Below the pieces are notes generated by a model, which was not told where the DNA came from, made no database searches, and saw only the letters and a program-made list of their open reading frames with translations. Positions 57,164-64,000 of a stretch of DNA of 64,000 nucleotides are shown in pieces; position 1 is the first letter of the stretch; each line of letters opens with the position of its first letter. The DNA is taken from the NCBI RefSeq assembly GCF_031381455.1, contig NZ_JANMXZ010000048.1:16972-80971 (forward strand), given 5' to 3'. The stretch comes from Flavobacterium sp. (GTDB lineage Bacteria; Bacteroidota; Bacteroidia; Flavobacteriales; Flavobacteriaceae). The position numbers and the translations under genes were made by a program.

Positions 57164-57486
57164 TGGAAGCTAATTTTTTCGAAAGAGTTTATGCTATTGC
57201 ACGTCAAATTCCGGAAGGAAAAGTAACCTCTTATGGTGCTATTGCTAGAGCGTTAGGAACTGCTCGTTCCGCCCGAATGGTAGGCTGGGCGATGAATGCA
57301 TCACACAATATGCAAGATGTTCCGGCACATAGAGTGGTCAACAGAAAAGGATTGCTTTCGGGGAAACATCATTTTGACGGAACTAATTTAATGCAGCAAT
57401 TGCTCGAAAACGAAGGAATCAAAATCGTGGATAATCAAATTGTCGATTTTGAGAAACATTTTTGGCAGCCTGAAGTAGAATTGTAA
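57163..57486 (+). CDS. MGMT-family DNA-binding protein lacking the acceptor cysteine (alkyltransferase-like)
   Basis: 107 aa. IPEGKVTSYGAIA...VPAHRVVN has Ala where O6-alkylguanine transferases have the PCHR cysteine. Confidence 0.8.
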   Translation: MEANFFERVYAIARQIPEGKVTSYGAIARALGTARSARMVGWAMNASHNMQDVPAHRVVNRKGLLSGKHHFDGTNLMQQLLENEGIKIVDNQIVDFEKHFWQPEVEL

Positions 57487-57664
57487 TTATTTCCTAATTT
57501 TTCAAAAATTTACAGAACTTCCAACTTCCCTCATCAATCTCCCAACTATTTCCTCATAAACATTTTCAATTCATTAACGACAGTTTCAACACAATTCGTA
57601 TTATCTTTGCAATCTGTATTCAGTCTTAATAAAAGATTGTAACTTGTTAACAGTAAGCAAAAAA

Positions 57665-58798
57665 ATGAAATTAGATAGAAAAGAAATCCTTTCAGCATTG
57701 GAAACCATTACCATTGCTGGCGAAGGAAAAAATATGGTAGAAAGCGGTGCGGTAAAAAACGTACTGATTTTTGGCAACGAAGTAACTGTAGATTTACTGA
57801 TTGCAACACCGGCAATGCACATAAAAAAACGTGCTGAAGACGATATCAAAAAATTAATCCACGAAAGATTTTCACAAGATGCTGTGGTGAAAGTAAATAT
57901 CAAGGTGGAAGCACAAGCAAATCCAAACGAGATTAAAGGAAAAACAATTCCAGGAATCAGCAATATTATAGCTGTAGCTTCAGGAAAAGGAGGCGTTGGA
58001 AAATCAACGGTTACGGCAAATTTAGCGGTGACTTTAGCCAAAATGGGCTTCAAAGTTGGAATTCTTGATGCTGATATTTATGGGCCAAGCATGCCAATCA
58101 TGTTTGATGTGGAGAGTGAAAAACCAATTTCGGTTACCGTTGATGGGAAATCAAAAATGAAACCTGTAGAAAGCTATGAGATAAAAATTCTTTCCATCGG
58201 ATTCTTCACCGCACCAAGTCAAGCTGTTATTTGGCGAGGACCAATGGCATCCAAAGCATTAAACCAAATGATTTTTGACGCCGATTGGGGACAATTAGAT
58301 TTTATGTTAATCGATTTACCACCAGGAACAGGCGATATCCATTTGTCAATCATGCAATCGTTACCAATTACTGGTGCTGTTGTCGTAAGTACGCCACAAG
58401 CTGTAGCTTTGGCTGATGCCAAAAAAGGAGTTTCGATGTTCTTATCTGACAGCATCAATGTTCCCGTTTTGGGAATCATAGAAAATATGGCGTACTTCAC
58501 TCCGGAAGAGTTGCCAAACAACAAATATTACATCTTCGGAAAAGAAGGTGCCAAAAACCTGGCGGAAGATTTACAAGTGCCATTTTTAGGTGAAGTTCCA
58601 TTGGTGCAAAGCATTCGCGAAGCCGGAGATTACGGTCGTCCGGCAGCATTGCAAACCGCATCGGTTATCGAAAAAGTTTTTGAAGATATTACACGAAATG
58701 TGGTTCAGGAAACGGTAAACAGAAACGAAAGTTTACCACCAACAGAAGCAATCAAAATAACAACTATGGCTGGTTGCTCAGCCGTTAAAGGAAAATAA
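57665..58798 (+). CDS. Mrp/NBP35 (ApbC) family Fe-S cluster carrier ATPase
   Basis: DUF59-like N-terminus and deviant Walker A ASGKGGVGKST. I prefer the ATG at 57665. Confidence 0.9.
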   Translation: MKLDRKEILSALETITIAGEGKNMVESGAVKNVLIFGNEVTVDLLIATPAMHIKKRAEDDIKKLIHERFSQDAVVKVNIKVEAQANPNEIKGKTIPGISNIIAVASGKGGVGKSTVTANLAVTLAKMGFKVGILDADIYGPSMPIMFDVESEKPISVTVDGKSKMKPVESYEIKILSIGFFTAPSQAVIWRGPMASKALNQMIFDADWGQLDFMLIDLPPGTGDIHLSIMQSLPITGAVVVSTPQAVALADAKKGVSMFLSDSINVPVLGIIENMAYFTPEELPNNKYYIFGKEGAKNLAEDLQVPFLGEVPLVQSIREAGDYGRPAALQTASVIEKVFEDITRNVVQETVNRNESLPPTEAIKITTMAGCSAVKGK

Positions 58799-58799
58799 G

Positions 58800-59039
58800 A
58801 TGACACACGAAGAATTGACTTTAAACATCGAAAAAGCATTAGACGAAATCAGACCTTTTCTGAACTCTGATGGCGGTGATATTAGCTTGGTTTCCATTGA
58901 AGATGAAAAACACGTAAAAGTGCGATTACAAGGAGCGTGTACTTCGTGTAGTTTGAGTATTAGCACGATGAAAGCTGGTGTAGAAACAACAATTAAAAGA
59001 TATGCGCCACAAATAGAAACGGTAGAAAATATTGCTTAA
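58800..59039 (+). CDS. NifU C-terminal-domain (Nfu-type) protein
   Basis: 79 aa with IRPFLNSDGGDISLV and CTSC motifs. Confidence 0.85.
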   Translation: MTHEELTLNIEKALDEIRPFLNSDGGDISLVSIEDEKHVKVRLQGACTSCSLSISTMKAGVETTIKRYAPQIETVENIA

Positions 59040-59124
59040 CGTCATCCTGTCCCGAAGTGTCGGGAGTCGGAGGATTGTGCGTTCCCTCGTTAAAAACAAA
59101 CGAGGTCGGGCTATACGCTACAAT

Positions 59125-59172
59125 CTTTTTATAAATTGCCACTGGTTTAAACCAGTGGCAATTTATAAAAAG
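59125..59172. repeat. perfect 48-nt palindrome (ctttttataaattgccactggttt|aaaccagtggcaatttataaaaag)
   Basis: Read directly. It is embedded between degenerate inverted flanks (gctacaatc... / ...gatttccac). Confidence 0.9.
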
Positions 59173-59293
59173 GATTTCCACTTCACACGAGCGAAGCGAC
59201 TGCCGAAGGAATCCCTAACGCAAACCAGAATACTATAGAACAAATTTTTTAAACTCAGTAACTCAGCTACTCAGTAACTCAGCCACTCAAAAA

Positions 59294-60352
59294 ATGATTA
59301 AAACAGACATACTTATAATCGGAGCCGGACCAACCGGACTTTTTGCCGTTTTTGAAGCAGGATTATTAAAACTTAAATGCCATCTCATTGACGCCCTACC
59401 ACAAATAGGCGGACAGCTTTCCGAATTATATCCAAAAAAGCCCATCTATGATATTCCAGGGTTTCCTGAAGTTTTAGCCGGAGATTTAGTCTCCAATTTA
59501 ATGGAACAAATCAAACAATTCCAACCGGGCTTTACTTTGGCAGAAACCGCTGAAACGATTGAAAAATTAGAAGACGGAACTTTTATTGTAACCACTAATA
59601 AAGGAACAAAGCATCACGCTAAAGCTGTTGCTATTGCAGGTGGATTGGGAACTTTTGAACCAAGAAAGCCTATCCTTAAGGACTTGGAATTCTACGAAAA
59701 TGAAGACCGAGGCGTAGATTATTTTGTCAAAGATCCGGAAAAATACAGAGGCAAAAATGTTGTGATTTCTGGTGGTGGCGATTCGGCGCTGGATTGGAGT
59801 ATTTTCCTTTCTAATGTGGCAGCTTCCGTAACTTTAGTACACCGAAGAAATGAATTCCGTGGTGCATTAGATTCGGTTGAGAAAGTACAGGAATTAAAAA
59901 ATTCAGGAAAAATAAAATTAGTAACACCAGCAGAAGTTATTGGTTTTAAAGGTTCGGAACGAATTGAATCGGTTGACATCGAAATCAACGGCGCTCGCAT
60001 GAATGTGGTTACCAACTATTTTATTCCGCTTTTTGGATTAACACCAAAATTGGGTGCCATTGCCAATTGGGGTTTAGAAATAGAAAAAAATGCTATCAAA
60101 GTCAACAACGCTTTAGATTATCAAACCAATATACCAGGTATTTATGCTATTGGCGATGTCAATACTTATCCAGGCAAATTAAAATTAATTTTGTGTGGTT
60201 TTCACGAGGCTACCTTGATGTGTCAAAGTGTCTATCAACGATTAAATCCAGGAAAGAAATACGTGTTGAAATATACAACTGTTTCCGGAGTAGACGGATT
60301 TGATGGAACTCGAAAAGAAGCAGAAAAAGCAGTTGTAAAATCAATTGAATAA
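59294..60352 (+). CDS. thioredoxin-reductase-like ferredoxin--NADP(+) reductase
   Basis: 352 aa with ILIIGAGPTGLFA and VISGGGDSALDW dinucleotide motifs. No CxxC redox pair is present. Confidence 0.85.
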   Translation: MIKTDILIIGAGPTGLFAVFEAGLLKLKCHLIDALPQIGGQLSELYPKKPIYDIPGFPEVLAGDLVSNLMEQIKQFQPGFTLAETAETIEKLEDGTFIVTTNKGTKHHAKAVAIAGGLGTFEPRKPILKDLEFYENEDRGVDYFVKDPEKYRGKNVVISGGGDSALDWSIFLSNVAASVTLVHRRNEFRGALDSVEKVQELKNSGKIKLVTPAEVIGFKGSERIESVDIEINGARMNVVTNYFIPLFGLTPKLGAIANWGLEIEKNAIKVNNALDYQTNIPGIYAIGDVNTYPGKLKLILCGFHEATLMCQSVYQRLNPGKKYVLKYTTVSGVDGFDGTRKEAEKAVVKSIE

Positions 60353-60353
60353 A

Positions 60354-60686
60354 ATGCCACAAGACGTAACCATAAAAATTACCGACCGCAAAGGCGTAAC
60401 TCATCAAGTACAAGCACCGACGGATATGAACATGAATATCATGGAACTAATTCGCGCCTATGAACTTGCCGAAGAAGGAACAATCGGAATTTGTGGTGGA
60501 ATGGCAATGTGTGCCTCGTGTCAGTGTTATGTTTTGAACGATGTTATTTCACTGGAAAGGAATCCCGACGAAGAAGCGATGCTCTGGGAAGCTTATCACG
60601 TAAAAGAAAACAGCCGCTTAGGTTGTCAAATTCCAATAACAACTGCAATTGACGGATTGGAAATAGAAATCGCTCCGGAGCAATAA
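60354..60686 (+). CDS. 2Fe-2S ferredoxin (adrenodoxin/putidaredoxin type)
   Basis: CGGMAMCASCQC ... LGCQ cluster ligands. I prefer the ATG at 60354 over the TTG at 60345. Confidence 0.85.
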   Translation: MPQDVTIKITDRKGVTHQVQAPTDMNMNIMELIRAYELAEEGTIGICGGMAMCASCQCYVLNDVISLERNPDEEAMLWEAYHVKENSRLGCQIPITTAIDGLEIEIAPEQ

Positions 60687-60711
60687 GAAATGAACTCTTA
60701 ATATTTGAAGG

Positions 60712-61407
60712 TTAATCAGCGATTTTAGATCTGGCTTCGGGCAAAATCCGTTGTACAAATTTTGAATAAGCAATCGTGGAAGGATGTAGTCCATCAGAGG
60801 CAACTAATTCAGGTTGTGCTAATCCCAATCTAGTAATATCAGTAATAGTAATGAAGGTTATATTGTTTGTTAAGCAGTAATTTTCGGCAAACGCGTTATA
60901 GCTGTCAATCTCAGTCGAAATGGTTGTATTTCCATTTCCAAAAGGCGTAAAAGCATAATCAGGAATCGAAACTACAATCACATTATTTTTATCGCCTTTT
61001 GCTTTTTGAATGGCAGTGTTTACCAACTCTGGAAATTCCTGTTCGTATAAAGTAAAAGGTTGAAGCTGATATTGATTATTTACACCAATTAAAAGGGTTA
61101 CTAAATCATAATCATTGGTTGTATTTTCAGCAGCAATAGCCGATTTTAAATTGGTCGTTGTCCAGCCTGTTGTTGCAATAATTTTAACCAGAAAAGTGTC
61201 GTTTGTGTTTAAATACTTCCCAATGCTGTCTTTCAGTTGAACAGGAAAGCGACAAGTTTCGCAAACGCTTTGACCAATAGTATAACTGTCGCCAAGTGCA
61301 AGATATTTGTAGTTTTTTGAAGGAGTTATCATGGCACTATCAGTGCTACAACTTTGTAATAACAAAATTGACACTATAAGAAATAATAAACGGTTTATAA
61401 ATTTCAT
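60712..61407 (-). CDS. SGNH/GDSL hydrolase-family lipoprotein
   Basis: Lipobox LLQSCS, block I ALGDSYT, block III GVNN and block V DGLHPS. Confidence 0.75.
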   Translation of the reverse strand: MKFINRLLFLIVSILLLQSCSTDSAMITPSKNYKYLALGDSYTIGQSVCETCRFPVQLKDSIGKYLNTNDTFLVKIIATTGWTTTNLKSAIAAENTTNDYDLVTLLIGVNNQYQLQPFTLYEQEFPELVNTAIQKAKGDKNNVIVVSIPDYAFTPFGNGNTTISTEIDSYNAFAENYCLTNNITFITITDITRLGLAQPELVASDGLHPSTIAYSKFVQRILPEARSKIAD

Positions 61408-61521
61408 TGTTGCTAATTTAGATAATGTAAGCTACGACAGTAAAGATGAAAAGGTTTGCTTCGCCAGTTCGCCTTTCAGGCTTGGGTGTCAAAAAAAATT
61501 ATAATAATTTATATAAAAGTA

Positions 61522-61552
61522 AAAATGCTCCTCGAAACGGAGAAGCATTTTG
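61522..61552. terminator. terminator-like hairpin after acyl-CoA dehydrogenase gene
   Basis: aaatgctcctc-gaaac-ggagaagcattt, one mismatch. Confidence 0.55.
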
Positions 61553-61577
61553 TATCAATTTTATCTATTGTCTAATT

Positions 61578-62756
61578 TTATTTAAAAGCCGGAATACCTG
61601 TAATATCCGCACCGGTAATCAACAAATGAATGTCGTGCGTTCCTTCATAGGTAATTACACTTTCCAAATTCATACTGTGGCGCATTATTGAATATTCTCC
61701 TGTGATTCCCATTCCACCTAGTATCTGACGCGCTTCACGAGCAATATGAATTGCCATGTCAACGTTGTTTCTTTTCGCCATCGAGATTTGAGCTGTAGTC
61801 GCTTTCCCTTCATTTCTCAAAACACCCAATCGCCAAGTTAATAATTGAGCTTTGGTGATCTCGGTAATCATTTCCGCTAATTTTTTTTGTTGTAATTGAA
61901 AGGATGCTATAGGTTTTCCAAACTGAATCCTTTCTTTTGCATAACGCAAAGCAGTGTCGTAGCAATCCATTGCGGCTCCAATTGCGCCCCACGCGATTCC
62001 ATAACGAGCTGAATCCAAACATTGCATTGGTGCACCCAATCCAGATTTTCCTGGCATCAGGTTTTCTTTTGGCACTTTCACGTTATCAAAAATCAATTCA
62101 CCTGTTGCCGAAGCACGAAGTGACCATTTGTTATGCGTTTCCGGTGTTGTAAATCCTTCCATGCCACGCTCAACAATCAAACCGTGAATTCTTCCTTCTT
62201 CATTTTTTGCCCAAACCACAGCAATATCTGCAAAAGGGGAGTTTGAAATCCACATTTTAGCACCATTCAACAAATAATGGTCGCCCATATCCTTGAAGTT
62301 GGTTGTCATGCCACTTGGATTTGAACCATGATCCGGTTCGGTCAATCCGAAACATCCCATGAATTCGCCTGTTGCTAATTTTGGTAAGTATTTTTGACGC
62401 TGCTCTTCAGTTCCGAATTTCCAAATAGGATACATCACCAAAGAAGATTGCACTGATGAAGTTGAGCGAACACCTGAATCACCTCTTTCAATTTCCTGCA
62501 TGATTAAACCATACGAAATTTGGTCTAAACCTGCTCCGCCATATTCTTCAGGAATGTATGGGCCAAAGCCACCAATTTCGCCCAAACCTTTAATGATTTG
62601 CTTCGGAAATTCAGCACGTTGCGCATACTCTTCTATGATAGGCGAAACTTCACGTTTTACCCACGCACGAGCCGAATCACGAACTAATTTGTGTTCTTCC
62701 GTTAGTAAATCATCTAAATTGTAATAATCCGGAGCTTGAAATAAATCTGGTTTCAT
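61578..62756 (-). CDS. acyl-CoA dehydrogenase (glutaryl-CoA dehydrogenase-like)
   Basis: 392 aa with GCFGLTEPDHGSNP and the C-terminal YEGTHDIH block. Confidence 0.9.
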   Translation of the reverse strand: MKPDLFQAPDYYNLDDLLTEEHKLVRDSARAWVKREVSPIIEEYAQRAEFPKQIIKGLGEIGGFGPYIPEEYGGAGLDQISYGLIMQEIERGDSGVRSTSSVQSSLVMYPIWKFGTEEQRQKYLPKLATGEFMGCFGLTEPDHGSNPSGMTTNFKDMGDHYLLNGAKMWISNSPFADIAVVWAKNEEGRIHGLIVERGMEGFTTPETHNKWSLRASATGELIFDNVKVPKENLMPGKSGLGAPMQCLDSARYGIAWGAIGAAMDCYDTALRYAKERIQFGKPIASFQLQQKKLAEMITEITKAQLLTWRLGVLRNEGKATTAQISMAKRNNVDMAIHIAREARQILGGMGITGEYSIMRHSMNLESVITYEGTHDIHLLITGADITGIPAFK

Positions 62757-62924
62757 TTTATAAAATGTTGGTTTACGAAAACGTTTGCAAATTTAAACAA
62801 ACTATATTTAGAAACAAATGAACAACTGTTATAAATTTTCCAAATTGTCATTGTGAGAAGCTTGTACTGAGCTTTGTCGAAGTAAAGCAATCAGAAGCTA
62901 TCTCCAGCTGTTCGCTATATCTTT

Positions 62925-62960
62925 TATACCTGACAGGTTTTTGAAAACCTGTCAGGTATA
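62925..62960. repeat. palindrome tatacctgacaggtttt-tg-aaaacctgtcaggtata
   Basis: Same cctgacagg core as 28441-28473 but inverted. It is nested between inverted flanks (cgctatatctttta / taaaaggatgccg). Confidence 0.85.
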
Positions 62961-62989
62961 AAAGGATGCCGCTTCCATCTGGGCTAGGG

Positions 62990-63754
62990 CTAAATTTTTA
63001 AATAGAAATCCTTAGTCAAAGCGATGTAGTCTTCGGTATACTCGTGACGTGCGGTTTCAATAATCAATTCGTCAATAGGAGTTTGCTTCGTATGTTCGCT
63101 ATCGCCTGAGTCCTTTTTAACTCTGGAGAAAGCTAATAAACTTCTTTTGATTTCGGTACTTGGCGCTCCTTTTACACGAGTAATTTTAAAAGGATATAAT
63201 TCAAAATTTTTGGCTAAAGCGATAAACTTTTCTTCTTCTTTAAAAGGAATAATTACAGCAAAAATTCCGTTTTCTGAAAGCAATAAATTAGCGGCTTCAA
63301 CCAAATCTTCAAAAGGTAAGGCGTCTTGAAACCTTGCTAAATCGCGTTGTTCATTATCAGTTTTATAATCTTCGGCATAAAAAGGAGGATTCGAAATGAT
63401 AATGTCATACTGCTGCGCCAGTTCACTATCGCTCGGGTCATCTTCGAGTTCCTCCATAAATTCTTCCAAACCGGCGTGAAAGCAGAATAATCTGTCTCCC
63501 CAAGGAGAACTTTCAAAATTTTCTACGCATTGTTCAAAAGCGTCTTCGTCTATTTCGATGGCGTCAATTTGCTCGGCGTTGCTTCTTTGGGCTAATATCA
63601 AGGATAAAATTCCGGTTCCGGCACCAATATCCAAAACAGAAAAAGGATGATTGTCTATTGGACACCATGCGCCAAGTAAAACGCCATCGGTACCAATTTT
63701 CATGGCGCAGCGGTCTTGATTAAGAGTAAATTGTTTGAATTGAAATGTTGACAA
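62990..63754 (-). CDS. tRNA (adenine37-N6)-methyltransferase (YfiC/TrmN6-like)
   Basis: VLDIGAGTGILSL SAM motif and ISNPPFY catalytic motif, with an acidic insert EELEDDPSDSE. Confidence 0.8.
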   Translation of the reverse strand: MSTFQFKQFTLNQDRCAMKIGTDGVLLGAWCPIDNHPFSVLDIGAGTGILSLILAQRSNAEQIDAIEIDEDAFEQCVENFESSPWGDRLFCFHAGLEEFMEELEDDPSDSELAQQYDIIISNPPFYAEDYKTDNEQRDLARFQDALPFEDLVEAANLLLSENGIFAVIIPFKEEEKFIALAKNFELYPFKITRVKGAPSTEIKRSLLAFSRVKKDSGDSEHTKQTPIDELIIETARHEYTEDYIALTKDFYLKI

Positions 63755-63844
63755 AAGAATGTTTTTAAAATTTTAAACCATTAAGAAATTAAGATAATTA
63801 AGACTTAATGAACCTTAATTATCTTAATGGTTCAAAAATAAAAT

Positions 63845-64000
63845 TTATAAATACATTTCAACGAGTCCTTCCGGTAAATCCATCACGACTTTTTTGTTCT
63901 CGCGATCAATTTCGACTAAGAAATGGTCAATCATCGGAATCAGCATTTCGACTTCGCCATTCAGTACTTCAAAAAGCGGCTGTGCTGTGGTGTCGTTGAT
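63845..64000 (-). CDS. rimM: 16S rRNA processing protein RimM, C-terminal 51 codons (gene starts beyond window end)
   Basis: Own minus-strand translation ...EVLNGEVEMLIPMIDHFLVEIDRENKKVVMDLPEGLVEMYL* resembles the PRC-barrel C-terminus of RimM. Confidence 0.65.
   Translation of the reverse strand: MNDTTAQPLFEVLNGEVEMLIPMIDHFLVEIDRENKKVVMDLPEGLVEMYL

Noticed and set aside
57601-58053. 150-aa minus-strand ORF
   Set aside because: It lies entirely antisense to the well-supported mrp/apbC gene and has a low-complexity hydrophobic translation. It is a shadow ORF.
57665-60686. mrp-nifU-ferredoxin reductase-ferredoxin as a novel redox system
   Set aside because: All four are ordinary, widely conserved housekeeping Fe-S and electron-transfer genes. 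Only the inserted palindrome block between them is unusual.
1-64000. Genomic island, prophage or defence system
   Set aside because: I recognised no integrase, transposase, restriction-modification, toxin-antitoxin, Cas, reverse transcriptase or phage structural genes. Composition looks uniform apart from the leuS segment and the repeat clusters.

Overview
This is an AT-rich chromosomal segment that looks like a Flavobacterium-type Bacteroidota genome. Supporting signs are T9SS type-A C-terminal sorting domains, a CarboxypepD_reg-type TonB-dependent receptor, TAnnTTTG-like promoter boxes, no Shine-Dalgarno signals, and typical flavobacterial gene neighbourhoods (ftsX-DUF3098-uppP-truB, pyrH-frr, asnS-rpoN, mrp-nifU). 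There are about 60 protein genes, mostly housekeeping: leuS, tyrS, asnS, rpoN, frr, pyrH, truB, uppP, ftsX, pckA, cysE-cysK, trmB, dihydroorotase and Fe-S/ferredoxin genes. There is one tRNA-Ser(GGA). I saw no rRNA, CRISPR, transposase, integrase or prophage genes. Intergenic DNA is crowded with short hairpin-forming interspersed repeats. The main observations are: (1) a 24-codon upstream ORF with three consecutive Cys codons, plus mutually exclusive antiterminator and terminator hairpins, directly upstream of cysE-cysK, which I read as a candidate cysteine-sensing ribosome-mediated attenuator; (2) three tandem 122-130 nt structured repeat units after tRNA-Ser, each ending in its own terminator-like hairpin, with one compensatory base-pair swap between units; (3) leuS carries a compositionally distinct AT-rich in-frame segment and a small palindromic in-frame insert; (4) MITE-like and nested-palindrome elements; (5) a cargo-less T9SS sorting-domain mini-protein in a TonB-receptor/lipoprotein/two-component locus. 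All functional calls rest on motif recognition by eye, since no database search was possible.
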